Sequence record: MN101221.1
Reading direction: 5' to 3' (one strand)
DNA from: Klebsiella phage KMI7
Length of the DNA: 64,000 bases
Part shown: in pieces, positions 1 to 12,428 of the stretch
Numbering within the stretch: position 1 is the stretch's first letter
How the letters are laid out: each line of letters starts with the position of its first letter
Notes under the pieces: model-generated
The model's input: the letters and a program-made list of their open reading frames with translations, nothing else
What the model was told of the DNA's origin: nothing
Databases searched by the model: none
Program-made: the position numbers and the translations under genes

Positions 1-824
1 ATGTTTGGCTACTGGTATAATAGTTCGCTGCGAAATTATATTGTCTTGATGGGTTGTCTTTTCAATCACGTGCAAGTTAAACGCGTTCGCGGCGAACAAG
101 AAAAATTTATCAAGGTTCCGATTACCTACGCATCAAAAGAAAAATTCCTGGCATCCATGAACAAGCTGAACTATGCATACAGTCAGGAAAATGTTGCTAA
201 AACGGAAACAATTTTACCACGTATGAATCTATCCCTCGTTGATTTGCAGTATAACGCAATTCGGAAAACGGGGATCGCGGTAAACCAAAAAATGACGCAG
301 TTACGCGCACCTGGAAAAACAGTAACGCAGTTTAACCCTGCTCCGTATCGTCTCATGTTCGAACTGGGAGTGTATACCCGTTACGAAGATGATGTGTTTC
401 AGATTATCGAACAAATACTGCCATACTTCCAGCCGCATTTCAACTGTCGTATTACAGAATTACATAAAAACGACATTAAAATAGACCGAGATATTAAAAT
501 ATCTCTGCAATCTGTTTCCCCTGATACATCGTTTGAAGGCGATGCAACGACACGGCGACACATTGAATGGTCTTTAATGTTTGAATTACAGGGCTACCTG
601 TATCCGCCTGTTAACGAGATTAAAGGCGAGATCAGAACAGTATACACGGATTTCTTTTCCAATATGAACCCGTTGGACAAAGACAATTTTGAATCCGTTG
701 ATGCTCAGGTGGATCCGGTTGATATGCCTATACAGGATTACACGGGAGAAGAATACATTCAAACGTATGCTAATGATATCCCAATTCCTAGCGGCGATCA
801 ACCTCCTAAACCGAGGGGCCAATA

Positions 825-825
<1 letters not shown>
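1..825 (+). CDS. 15: tail sheath stabiliser / tail completion protein gp15 (N-terminus cut by window edge)
   Basis: ORF runs to window start; 274 aa; recognisable similarity to T4 gp15 (MFGY.YNSS...VPITYASKE...ILPYFQPHFN...RRIEWSL); stop overlaps gp16 start in TAATG. Confidence 0.9.
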
Positions 826-3162
<2,337 letters not shown>

Positions 3163-3181
3163 ATTTAGAGGAAACTTAATA

Positions 3182-5173
3182 ATGGCTTTAATCTCTCCAG
3201 GCATTGAAACTAAAGAAACATCGGTACAATCTACCGTTGTTCGAAATTCAACTGGTCGTGCTGCTATTGTTGGTAAATTTTCATGGGGGCCAGCTTACCA
3301 GATCCGTCAGATTTCTAACGAAGTCGAACTGGTAAACTATTTTGGCTCCCCAGACAATGACACCGCTGATTATTTCATGAACGCTGTAAACTTTTTACAG
3401 TTCGGTCAGGATCTGCGTGTTGTTCGTGTCGTCGATAAAGAAGCCGCAAAAAACGCAACCGCGATCTATAATCAGATCAAAACCACGATCACCGCTGCTG
3501 GTTCTAACTATGCAGTAGACGATCAGATCAAAGTTAAACACAATAACGTTGTTATTGAAGAAGATGGTGTTGTTACCAGCGTTGATGATCAGGGTAAAAT
3601 CCTGTCTGTGTTCATTCCGAGCACTAAGATCATCGCACATGCTAAACAGGTTGGTGTATATCCGGATCTATCTAGTGGCTGGACTACAGAAATCGTTTCC
3701 AGTTCTTCTGGTGTTTCTGCTACGATTACAATCGACGGCGTAGAAGTTGATTCGGGTATTACTCTGCTCAACCTTGATACCGCAAAAGAAACTATTCAGG
3801 CAACTGCTTTCCAGGAACTTTGCACCAAATACCAGCTACCGTCTGTTATTGCAATTTATCCTGGCGAAATGGGTAGCACCGTAACGGTTGAAATTCTGTC
3901 TAAAGCTGCATACGATTCTTCGGCTGTCATTAAGTCTTATCCTTCTGGTAAGTCTGGTAAAAACAGCGGTCGCAGTTCGATGAACTTTGGCCCTCAGAAT
4001 GATAACCAATACGCGTTTATCGTTCGCCGTGGTGGTATTATCCAAGAAACGTTTATCGTGTCAACCGCTAAGGGTGATAAAGATATCTACGGTTCAACGA
4101 TCTACATGGATGATTTCTTTGCAAACGGTGGTTCGCAGTATCTGTATGGTACGTCCCTAAACTGGCCTGTCGGATTCTCCGGCGTTCTGGAACTGGGCGG
4201 CGGTACTTCTGCAAACTCCACTGTAGGCGCTGATGAACTCATGGCTGGTTGGGATATGTTCGCAGATCGTGAATCTCTGCATGTTCCTCTGCTGATTGCG
4301 GGTGCTTGTGCTGGCGAAACTGCCGAAATTTCGTCTACTGTACAGAAACACGCTGTGTCTATCGGTGAAACCCGTTCAGATTGCGTTGTATTCGTTTCTC
4401 CGCCGCGTTCTGCTCTGGTTAATATCCCACTGGCTCAGGCCGTTGATAACCTCGTAGAATGGCGTACAGGCTACAAAATCGGTAATACTACCCCAGTTGA
4501 TAACAACATGAACGTAAGTTCAAGTTATGCGTTCATCGACGGTAACTATAAGTTCCAGTATGATAAATACAACGATGTTAACCGTTGGATCCCGCTCGCG
4601 GGTGATATGGCTGGCCTCTGTGTTTATACCGATCAGGTATCGCAACCGTGGATGTCTCCGGCTGGCTACAACCGTGGTCAACTGCGTAACTGCATCAAAC
4701 TGGCTATCGAACCGACTAACGCGCATCGCGATTCTATGTACCAGGTACAGATTAACGCGGTTACTGGTTTCTCTGGTGGTGCTGGATACATTCTGTACGG
4801 TGATAAAACCGCAACGACTGTTCCAAGCCCGTTTGACCGTATCAACGTTCGTCGCTTGTTCAACATGATCAAGAAAGACATTGGCGATAACGCAAAATAT
4901 AAACTGTTTGAGAATAACGATGATTTCACTCGTTCTTCCTTCCGTATGGATGCAGGACAGTATATGTCTAACGTTCGCGCTCTGGGCGGTGTATACGATT
5001 ACCGTGTGGTTTGTGACACTACGAACAACACGCCGGATGTTATTGATCGCAATGAGTTTATTGCATCAATCTACGTCAAACCAGCACGTTCTATCAACTA
5101 CATCACACTGAACTTCGTAGCAACCTCAACTGGTGCGGATTTCGATGAGTTGATTGGATCAACGTCAGTATAA
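3182..5173 (+). CDS. 18: tail sheath protein gp18
   Basis: track ORF 3113..5173 trimmed to internal ATG (MALISPGIETKETSVQSTVV.NSTG, aligns with T4 gp18 N-terminus) preceded by AGAGGAAAC; collinear similarity to T4 gp18 throughout. Confidence 0.95.
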   Translation: MALISPGIETKETSVQSTVVRNSTGRAAIVGKFSWGPAYQIRQISNEVELVNYFGSPDNDTADYFMNAVNFLQFGQDLRVVRVVDKEAAKNATAIYNQIKTTITAAGSNYAVDDQIKVKHNNVVIEEDGVVTSVDDQGKILSVFIPSTKIIAHAKQVGVYPDLSSGWTTEIVSSSSGVSATITIDGVEVDSGITLLNLDTAKETIQATAFQELCTKYQLPSVIAIYPGEMGSTVTVEILSKAAYDSSAVIKSYPSGKSGKNSGRSSMNFGPQNDNQYAFIVRRGGIIQETFIVSTAKGDKDIYGSTIYMDDFFANGGSQYLYGTSLNWPVGFSGVLELGGGTSANSTVGADELMAGWDMFADRESLHVPLLIAGACAGETAEISSTVQKHAVSIGETRSDCVVFVSPPRSALVNIPLAQAVDNLVEWRTGYKIGNTTPVDNNMNVSSSYAFIDGNYKFQYDKYNDVNRWIPLAGDMAGLCVYTDQVSQPWMSPAGYNRGQLRNCIKLAIEPTNAHRDSMYQVQINAVTGFSGGAGYILYGDKTATTVPSPFDRINVRRLFNMIKKDIGDNAKYKLFENNDDFTRSSFRMDAGQYMSNVRALGGVYDYRVVCDTTNNTPDVIDRNEFIASIYVKPARSINYITLNFVATSTGADFDELIGSTSV

Positions 5174-5179
5174 CATGTA

Positions 5180-5197
5180 AGGGGCTGAAAAGCCCCT
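5180..5197 (+). terminator. stem-loop GGGGCT-GAAA-AGCCCC directly after gp18 stop, abutting a late promoter
   Basis: perfect 6-bp GC stem with GAAA tetraloop; T-run weak, so may act as RNA-stabilising hairpin or terminator. Confidence 0.5.
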
Positions 5198-5204
5198 ATA
5201 AATA
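5197..5204 (+). promoter_or_regulatory. T4-type late promoter TATAAATA upstream of gene 19
   Basis: CTATAAATAC 18 nt upstream of gp19 ATG; the same 10-mer recurs before genes 20, 22 and hoc. Confidence 0.7.
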
Positions 5205-5221
5205 CACATAGAGGTTAGAAA

Positions 5222-5707
5222 ATGCTTACTGATATTGTACGCGCCTTTGAATCCGGTGATTTCGCACGTCCGAACCTGTTCGAAGTAGAGATCCCGTACC
5301 TGGGCAAAAACTTTAAATTAAAATGTAAAGCCGCTACTATGCCAGCGTCTACCGTTGAAAAAGTTCCGGTAGGTTACATGAACCGCAAAATTAACGTTGC
5401 TGGTGACCGTACCTATGATGACTGGACAATCACGGTATATAACGACGATGCACACACAACCCGTGATGCAATCGTAGCATGGTCAAACATGCTGCATGGT
5501 ATGGGTGAAGACATTACAGGGGATATCCCTGCAAACTACAAAAAAACCGCTACGGTTAAACAAAAAAACCGTAACGACGAAGTAACCGCCGAACATACCA
5601 TTTATGGCCTGTTCCCGACCAACGTTGGTGAGGTTACTTTAGACTGGGATAGCAACAACGAAGTGAGCACTTTTGAGTGTACTTTCGCGCTAGACTGGTG
5701 GGTTTAA
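5222..5707 (+). CDS. 19: tail tube protein gp19
   Basis: 161 aa; strong similarity to T4 gp19 (RAFESGDFARPNLF.VEI.YLG.NF...MNRKINVAGDRT.DDWT.TV.ND). Confidence 0.95.
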   Translation: MLTDIVRAFESGDFARPNLFEVEIPYLGKNFKLKCKAATMPASTVEKVPVGYMNRKINVAGDRTYDDWTITVYNDDAHTTRDAIVAWSNMLHGMGEDITGDIPANYKKTATVKQKNRNDEVTAEHTIYGLFPTNVGEVTLDWDSNNEVSTFECTFALDWWV

Positions 5708-5711
5708 ACGC

Positions 5712-5719
5712 TATAAATA
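5712..5719 (+). promoter_or_regulatory. late promoter TATAAATA upstream of gene 20
   Basis: CTATAAATAC followed by hairpin AGGGGTAGCAATACCCCT and a T-run (5721-5751); gp20 ATG at 5763. Confidence 0.65.
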
Positions 5720-5762
5720 CAGGGGTAGCAATACCCCTTATCATTATTTTTCGGAGTTGTAA

Positions 5763-7337
5763 ATGAACTTTTTTGGATTAGACAATGTGTTAGGGTTTTT
5801 CAAAAATTTCGCCAAACAGGATGAAATGGAATTTGAAGCCCAATTAAAAGATGATACAGGTTCGATTGCGCCTCCGAAAAATAACGATGGGGCGCACGAA
5901 ATCGAAACGGATTTATCAAACCAGCGTTATTCTTCTGTGTTCCAACAGTTCTATTCCGGACAGGATCCGCGAATTCAGAACAAAACACAGCTAATAAATA
6001 CATACCGTGGTATCATGACATACCCGGAAGTGGAAAACGCTGTTTCTGAAATCATTAACGAAGCGATTGTTAATGAACAAGGAAAAGATATTGTTACGAT
6101 GGATCTTACTAAAACGAATTTTAGTAAAAATATCCAAGATAAGATCATGGAAGAACTCGATACCGTAATGAATATTCACGATTTCGATAACAGAGGATCT
6201 CGTTTATTCCGTGATTGGTATGTTGATTCGCGTATCTATTTCCATAAAATCATGCACAAAAATGAAGCTGACGGCATCAAGGAATTACGCCAGTTAGATC
6301 CCCGTTGCATGGAACTGATCCGAGAATCGGTTACAGAAACCCTACCCGGTGGGGTTAAAATTTTCCGTGGCTATCGTGAATACTTCGTATACACCGCACC
6401 GAAAAACGGTTATAGCTACAACGGACAGATTTATAGTCACAATGACAAGGTAAAAATTCCTCGCTCTGCGATTGTTTACGCTCATAGCGGCCTTGAAGAT
6501 TGCGACAACAACATTATAGGCTACCTGCACCGCGCGGTCAAGCCAGCTAACCAATTGCGTTTGCTGGAAGATGCTATGGTGATTTACCGTATTACCCGTG
6601 CGCCTGAACGTCGTGTGTTCTATATCGACGTAGGTCAGATGGGTGGCCCTAAAGCTACACAGTACGTAAATAACATTGCACAGGGCTTAAAAAACCGTGT
6701 TGTATATGACGCGAGCACTGGTAAAGTTAAGAATCAGCAAAATAACCTGTCAATGACAGAGGACTATTGGCTGATGCGTCGTGATGGTAAAGCAGTTACC
6801 GAAGTTTCAACGCTTCCTGGTGGCACTGCCTTCTCTGATATCGACGATGTTAAATGGTTTAACCGTAAGCTGTACGAAGCATTGCGTATTCCGTTAAGCC
6901 GTATGCCTCGCGATGATGGCGGTATCCAGTTGGGTAACGATGGCGGTATTACCCGCGACGAATTGAACTTTAGCAAATTTATTCGCGAATTGCAAATTCA
7001 ATTCAACCCTGTTCTTGCGGATCCGTTAAAAACTAACTTGATCGCGAAGAAAATCATTACAGAAGATGAATGGGATGAAAACGTAAGTAAGATTGCTTTT
7101 GTATATCAGCAAGATTCTTACTATTCCGAAATCAAAGATATTGAGATTTTGGAACGCCGTTTAAACCTGATGGGCCAACTTGAAGGAGTGGTCGGCAAAT
7201 ATATCTCCCATAAATACGTAATGAAAGAAGTTCTCCGGATGTCTGATGAGGAAATTCAAAGCGAAGCCAAACAGATAGAAGAAGAATCAAAAGAAGAACG
7301 TTTTAAAAATCCAGAAGCGGAAGAGGAAAACTTTTGA
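5763..7337 (+). CDS. 20: portal vertex protein gp20
   Basis: 524 aa, same length as T4 gp20; collinear similarity (GIKELR.LDPR...YLHRAVKPANQL.LLEDA.VIYRITRAP.RRV.Y.D.G). Confidence 0.95.
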   Translation: MNFFGLDNVLGFFKNFAKQDEMEFEAQLKDDTGSIAPPKNNDGAHEIETDLSNQRYSSVFQQFYSGQDPRIQNKTQLINTYRGIMTYPEVENAVSEIINEAIVNEQGKDIVTMDLTKTNFSKNIQDKIMEELDTVMNIHDFDNRGSRLFRDWYVDSRIYFHKIMHKNEADGIKELRQLDPRCMELIRESVTETLPGGVKIFRGYREYFVYTAPKNGYSYNGQIYSHNDKVKIPRSAIVYAHSGLEDCDNNIIGYLHRAVKPANQLRLLEDAMVIYRITRAPERRVFYIDVGQMGGPKATQYVNNIAQGLKNRVVYDASTGKVKNQQNNLSMTEDYWLMRRDGKAVTEVSTLPGGTAFSDIDDVKWFNRKLYEALRIPLSRMPRDDGGIQLGNDGGITRDELNFSKFIRELQIQFNPVLADPLKTNLIAKKIITEDEWDENVSKIAFVYQQDSYYSEIKDIEILERRLNLMGQLEGVVGKYISHKYVMKEVLRMSDEEIQSEAKQIEEESKEERFKNPEAEEENF

Positions 7338-7579
7338 TGAAAGAATTTATCGAAGCAATCAAAAGCGGTAATCTGGTGGAAGCTAAAAAAACTTTTTACT
7401 CCATCATGGAAGACCGCAAAGAAGCGCTTCGTCACGAATTGCGCGTTGAACTTGCCGAAGCTGTACGCATCGAAGGCGAAGAAGACAAAGAAAAAGACGA
7501 CGAAGGCGCTGATAAAGATGACGAAAATGGCGATAAAAAGCCAGCCGAGGATGATAAATCCGATAAAGATGATGAGTGA
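7334..7579 (+). CDS. 67: prohead core protein gp67
   Basis: 81 aa, acidic C-terminal tail (D/E/K repeats) typical of gp67; ATGA overlap with gp20 stop; position between 20 and 68. Confidence 0.8.
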   Translation: MMKEFIEAIKSGNLVEAKKTFYSIMEDRKEALRHELRVELAEAVRIEGEEDKEKDDEGADKDDENGDKKPAEDDKSDKDDE

Positions 7580-7587
7580 GGTGTGTA

Positions 7588-7992
7588 ATGCAACTTGACA
7601 TCGAAATCACCGCCGAAGATCTCCAGGAACATTTAGACGAAGCGAAAGCCCGTGTAGATATTCTGGGTATCGATGAAGGCACGGTTAAAATCATCGAAAA
7701 TTTGGCGGTCACCGAACCAAATTTAGCCCTTGCTATGATGGCGGTTGTTGAAGGTTTAACACTTGATGAGGTAATTGTCAAGCATGTTGATTCCCGTGGC
7801 AACGTAGAACGCCTCAAAGACAGGAAAACCCGTGAGCGTAATGCGTATCAGACTACCGGATTAACCAAATCCCAACGTCGCCAGATCGCGCGTCGTGCTC
7901 TCAAAACAAAACGTGCTAACCCGTCAATTGCTACTCGCGCACAACGTAAGCGCAAGAAAGCATTGCGTAAACGTGCTGCACTGGGGCTATAA
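7588..7992 (+). CDS. 68: prohead core protein gp68
   Basis: track ORF starts at GTG 7576; ATG at 7588 has GAGGTG SD; basic C-terminus (KRKKALRKRAALGL); position between 67 and 21. Confidence 0.75.
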   Translation: MQLDIEITAEDLQEHLDEAKARVDILGIDEGTVKIIENLAVTEPNLALAMMAVVEGLTLDEVIVKHVDSRGNVERLKDRKTRERNAYQTTGLTKSQRRQIARRALKTKRANPSIATRAQRKRKKALRKRAALGL

Positions 7993-7994
7993 AT

Positions 7995-8642
7995 ATGAAT
8001 GAATCCCAAATCAACGAAAACGGCGATATGCTTTTAATCGAAGAATGGGGTTTACCTTGCGGTGACGTTTCAGAATCTATTTTAGAATCTGTTGGGGAAT
8101 CAAAAGACGGTAAATTGCGGATCGAAGGTATTTTCCTTCAAGCCGAAAAAGTTAACCGTAACCGTCGTTTGTATCCTAAAAACGTACTTGAAGAAGCAGT
8201 TAACGATTATATTAGAACTCAAGTTAACACCCGTCAAGCATTAGGTGAAATGAATCACCCTCCGCGCCCGAATGTGGATCCGCGAAATGCTTGCATCCTG
8301 ATTGAAAAATTGTGGTGGAAGGGTAACGATGTTTGGGGCCGCGCTGTTGTTGTTGAAGGCGACGGTGGTGATGGTGACAAACTGGCGGCGTTGATTCGTG
8401 CTGGTTGGGTTCCTGGTGTTTCTTCCCGTGGATTAGGTAAGCTCTCCGATTCCGGCAAAGGCTACGGCGTTGTACAAAAGGGCTTTAAATTAGCTGTAGG
8501 CGTTGATGTCGTCTGGGGGCCAAGCGCACCTGATGCATATGTTAAGCCTATAGTGGAAAATCAGCAAAGCAAACCGCTTGTTGAGAATAATAGTGCTGAT
8601 GACGCTTTTCTGGCATTGTCCGAGCGTTTGAAAGGTCTATAA
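7995..8642 (+). CDS. 21: prohead core protease gp21
   Basis: 215 aa; similarity to T4 gp21; gene order 68-21-22 as in T4. Confidence 0.9.
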   Translation: MNESQINENGDMLLIEEWGLPCGDVSESILESVGESKDGKLRIEGIFLQAEKVNRNRRLYPKNVLEEAVNDYIRTQVNTRQALGEMNHPPRPNVDPRNACILIEKLWWKGNDVWGRAVVVEGDGGDGDKLAALIRAGWVPGVSSRGLGKLSDSGKGYGVVQKGFKLAVGVDVVWGPSAPDAYVKPIVENQQSKPLVENNSADDAFLALSERLKGL

Positions 8643-8645
8643 ATA
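8638..8645 (+). promoter_or_regulatory. late promoter TATAAATA upstream of gene 22
   Basis: TCTATAAATAC overlapping the gp21 stop, 30 nt upstream of gp22 ATG. Confidence 0.6.
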
Positions 8646-8674
8646 CATTAAACAAAACAACAGGAAAATCAAAA

Positions 8675-9463
8675 ATGCTTAAAGAACAACTGCTGGCGGA
8701 AGCCCAGAACCTGGATACTCCGGTCGAGTTAGACAGCATTTTCGAATCAGTTGAACTTTCTGATGACGTGAAAGCGACATTCACCACTGTATTCGAACAA
8801 GCTGTAAAAGCTGGCGCTGCAAAACTCGCTGAATCCCACATTACCCAGATCGCGGAACGTTCTGACGAACTGGTCGAAGCTCAGGTAACTGAACGTGCCG
8901 CTGAAATCGAAACTAAGCTGTACGAAGATGCTGATAAATATTTTGCGCACATTTCCGAAGAATGGCTGAAAGAAAACAAAGAAGCCGTTTCCCGTGACAT
9001 CAAAGCCGACCTGTTTGAATCCCTGATCATGGGCCTCAAAGAAGTTCTGGTTGAACATAACGTTGTCATTCCGGAAGAACAGGTTGATGTAGTCGCCGAA
9101 CTGGAAGACGAACTGACTGAGAATCAGCAGGAAGTTAAAACCCTGTTTGAAGCGAATCAGGAACTGACCAAAGAAATTTCAGAAATGAAACGCAATGCAG
9201 TAGTTTCAGAGAAAACTAAAGGTTTGACCGAATCTCAGGTCGAAAAAGTAGAATCTCTGATTGAAGGGCTGGAATATTCCGCAACCTTCGAAAATAAACT
9301 CAGCGCAATTGTTGAAATGGTAGCAACCAAAGCTGAAAAACCCGTTGACGAGTCTGTAAATACTCCGCAAACGAAAGATGACTTTGTTCCGGTAGTTGAA
9401 AGTGTTCCGGCAGAGAAATCCAAGATCAATAAATATGTACAAGCGGCAAAAGCCCTTTCTTAA
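8675..9463 (+). CDS. 22: prohead scaffold protein gp22
   Basis: 262 aa, highly acidic, coiled-coil-like, no aromatic-rich core; position between protease and major capsid gene as in T4. Confidence 0.85.
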   Translation: MLKEQLLAEAQNLDTPVELDSIFESVELSDDVKATFTTVFEQAVKAGAAKLAESHITQIAERSDELVEAQVTERAAEIETKLYEDADKYFAHISEEWLKENKEAVSRDIKADLFESLIMGLKEVLVEHNVVIPEEQVDVVAELEDELTENQQEVKTLFEANQELTKEISEMKRNAVVSEKTKGLTESQVEKVESLIEGLEYSATFENKLSAIVEMVATKAEKPVDESVNTPQTKDDFVPVVESVPAEKSKINKYVQAAKALS

Positions 9464-9482
9464 TTTCAAAAGGTAAGAAACA

Positions 9483-11051
9483 ATGTCTAAGAAAAACGAA
9501 TTGATGGAAAAATGGAACGATCTTCTGGAGTCTCAGGAAGGCTTACCGGATATCGCTACCAAATCCAAAAAACAACTGATTGCTGCCATTATGGAAGCAC
9601 AGGAAAAAGACGCAGAAGTTGATCCGGTTTACCGCGACGAGAAAATCGTTGAATCCTTCGGTGGTTTCCTGGCGGAAGCTGAAATTGCTGGTGACCACGG
9701 TTACGACGCAACCAAAATCGCTTCTGGTAACTCAAGCGGTGCTATCACCAACATCGGCCCTGCTGTAATCGGTATGGTTCGCCGTGCGATTCCTAACCTG
9801 ATCGCGTTCGATATCTGCGGTGTTCAGCCTATGACTGGCCCTACTGGACAGGTGTTCGCTCTCCGCGCAGTGTACGGTAAAGATCCGCTGGCTTCCGGTG
9901 CTAAAGAAGCATTCCATCCGATGTTCTCTCCGGATAGCATGTACTCCGGTCAGGGCGCGGCTCCGAGCAACGGCTTTACCGAACTGGCTTCCGGTACTGC
10001 GATTGCTGACGGCGCTATCGTGTTCCACGATTTCGTTGAAACTGGTCGTGTGTTCCTCCAGAATGTTTCTGGCTCTCCGGTTACTGTAACTGGTTCTACC
10101 GCCGATGCTCTGGATGCTGCTGTTATCGCCGAACAGGAAAAAGGTACTCTGGCTGAAATTTCTTACGGTATGGCTACCAGTGTAGCAGAACTGCAAGAAC
10201 AGTTCAACGGTTCTACTGGCAACCCGTGGAACGAAATGGGCTTCCGTATCGATAAGCAGGTTATCGAAGCACGTAGCCGCCAACTGAAAGCACAGTACTC
10301 TGTAGAACTGGCTCAGGATCTCCGCGCTGTTCACGGTATGGACGCTGACGCCGAACTGTCTGCTATTCTGGCAACCGAAATCATGCTGGAAATCAACCGC
10401 GAAATCGTTGACATGATCAACTATACCGCACAGGTTGGTAAAACTGGTTTCACTCAGACCGTTGGCTCTAAAGCTGGTGCGTTTGACTTCCAGGATCCGA
10501 TTGATGTTCGTGGCGCTCGTTGGGCTGGTGAAAGCTACAAAGCTCTGCTGATTCAGATCGACAAAGAAGCAAACGAAATCGCACGTCAAACTGGTCGTGG
10601 TGCTGGTAACTTCATCATCGCTTCCCGTAACGTGGTTTCCGCTCTGGCTCGTATCGATAGCGGTATCACTCCGGCAGGTCAAGGTCTCCAGAAGACTCTG
10701 AACGTTGACACCACTAAAGCAGTATTCGCTGGTGTTCTGGGTGGCGTGTATAAAGTATACATCGACCAGTATGCACGTGGTGATTACTTCACCGTGGGTT
10801 ACAAAGGCGATAACGAAATGGATGCTGGTATCTACTACGCTCCGTATGTTGCGCTGACCCCGCTGCGTGGTTCTGATCCGAAGAACTTCCAGCCAGTAAT
10901 GGGCTTCAAAACTCGTTACGGTGTAGGTATCAACCCGTTTGCGAACTCTCGCTCTCAGGCTCCGTCCGACCGTATCACTTCTGGTATGATTACCAAAGAA
11001 ATGTTCGGTAAAAACGCATACTTCCGCAAGGTTTATGTGAAAGGGCTGTAA
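9483..11051 (+). CDS. 23: major capsid protein gp23
   Basis: 522 aa (T4 gp23 is 521 aa); strongly biased codon usage typical of a highly expressed gene; collinear similarity to gp23. Confidence 0.95.
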   Translation: MSKKNELMEKWNDLLESQEGLPDIATKSKKQLIAAIMEAQEKDAEVDPVYRDEKIVESFGGFLAEAEIAGDHGYDATKIASGNSSGAITNIGPAVIGMVRRAIPNLIAFDICGVQPMTGPTGQVFALRAVYGKDPLASGAKEAFHPMFSPDSMYSGQGAAPSNGFTELASGTAIADGAIVFHDFVETGRVFLQNVSGSPVTVTGSTADALDAAVIAEQEKGTLAEISYGMATSVAELQEQFNGSTGNPWNEMGFRIDKQVIEARSRQLKAQYSVELAQDLRAVHGMDADAELSAILATEIMLEINREIVDMINYTAQVGKTGFTQTVGSKAGAFDFQDPIDVRGARWAGESYKALLIQIDKEANEIARQTGRGAGNFIIASRNVVSALARIDSGITPAGQGLQKTLNVDTTKAVFAGVLGGVYKVYIDQYARGDYFTVGYKGDNEMDAGIYYAPYVALTPLRGSDPKNFQPVMGFKTRYGVGINPFANSRSQAPSDRITSGMITKEMFGKNAYFRKVYVKGL

Positions 11052-11138
11052 TAGCCAACTTTTCCAAGAGGGAACCGCAAGGTTCCCTTTTTTATTACAT
11101 AAATAAAGAAAAGTTTGTCAATAACGCAGGAACATAAA

Positions 11139-12428
11139 ATGAGTGAAAAATTTTACACAATTAACAAGCTGGTGCGTCAGTCACAGCTACCGCCTGGCCT
11201 GTCTAAAAAGGTTCTTGATGAGGCAACCGGAACAGAAACAATTAACGTAGCTAATACCCGTCCGGATCTGGTATCTCTTACCCGTGCGGTAAACAACCTG
11301 ATCTACGGTGAACTTGTAGCGATTCAGGAAACTAATTTACCTACCGCAACTCTGTTCGGTGTGCGTTATCGTAACCCTAAAGGCGATATGACGTTTTCCA
11401 GCGCTGCTACCTATTCCGGTAAGTATGCAAGCCGCGATAATATTTCAAATGGTGCGGTTGGTACTGCCTACACCAAAGGCCAAGTTTTCAAACACCCGAC
11501 AAGTGATGTTGTATACGAAGTAACTGATAGCGTAACTCTCGCAGGTGCTGATATTGATGAAGCGATTATGGTCGCATTATTCAGCAATAAATTACGCCTG
11601 GCAAGCGAAGCCGCGCCAACAAGTCAGTATGAAACCAGCGAAGATATTAGTACAACTTCTTTCGAAATGGATCGTTGGAATATCAACGTTCGTTCCCGTA
11701 AATTCAAAACTGAAATGACCGTGGAACTTATGCAGGATCTGGAAGCAAACCAATTCAACGCAGAAAATGTGATTGAAGATGTTTTGGGTACTGTTGCCAG
11801 TGAAGAAGTAAACAAAGATATCATTCAGACTCTGATCAACGTATCAAATCGTTACAACGTTGATGGTGTGATCACAAACGGCATTTTCGATGCTACAACC
11901 GCATACACTGCAAAGGATGCTCCGGCTTTAGGTCGTTTCCTGTATCAATTAGTGTGTGAAATGGGGCAGGAAATGAATAGAACGACTTCATTTGAAGCTA
12001 CCTATGTCCTGGCATCTTCTCGCGTTGTAGGCGTTCTGGCTGCGTCTGGTTGGATGCATGAAACCGATGAAACCCACCCGTTAGCGACAGGGCGACTTAA
12101 AAACGGTTATTATGTCTATACTGACACCAATACACCGTTTGATTACCTGCTGACTGGTTGCAAGTATGATCTGGGTGAAATGGATCATGTTGGCTCTCTG
12201 TTCTATACGCCATACACAGAAGCTGATCAGGCAGGTTCGATCAAGATTTCTGTTGATCCTCAATCCTTACAGCCTAAAGTTGCTATTCTGATGCGCTACG
12301 GTTTATCGGTTAACCCATATACCACTGCTGCAAACGAAAGACTTGTGAAAGGTGATGACTGGGTAAACCTCTCAGGTAAATCTAAGATGAGTCAGATTGT
12401 GGGTATCAAACTTCCTAAACTGGGTTGA
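11139..12428 (+). CDS. 24: capsid vertex protein gp24
   Basis: track ORF 11115 (TTG) trimmed to ATG 11139 with AGGAACATAAA SD; gp23-like fold paralog (ETN.P.A.FG..Y.NP...FY.PYTE...VDP.SLQP...RY.LS.NPYT). Confidence 0.9.
   Translation: MSEKFYTINKLVRQSQLPPGLSKKVLDEATGTETINVANTRPDLVSLTRAVNNLIYGELVAIQETNLPTATLFGVRYRNPKGDMTFSSAATYSGKYASRDNISNGAVGTAYTKGQVFKHPTSDVVYEVTDSVTLAGADIDEAIMVALFSNKLRLASEAAPTSQYETSEDISTTSFEMDRWNINVRSRKFKTEMTVELMQDLEANQFNAENVIEDVLGTVASEEVNKDIIQTLINVSNRYNVDGVITNGIFDATTAYTAKDAPALGRFLYQLVCEMGQEMNRTTSFEATYVLASSRVVGVLAASGWMHETDETHPLATGRLKNGYYVYTDTNTPFDYLLTGCKYDLGEMDHVGSLFYTPYTEADQAGSIKISVDPQSLQPKVAILMRYGLSVNPYTTAANERLVKGDDWVNLSGKSKMSQIVGIKLPKLG

Noticed and set aside
7986-7994. 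CTATAAATA immediately abutting the gene 21 ATG
   Set aside because: A start site from this box would fall downstream of the gp21 initiation codon. Probably fortuitous or serving read-through rather than a dedicated gene 21 promoter.
9732-10682. 316-aa ORF antisense to the major capsid gene 23
   Set aside because: Lies entirely opposite a strongly supported, highly conserved gene. Ser/Thr/Arg-rich low-complexity translation, no SD, typical shadow ORF of a codon-biased gene.
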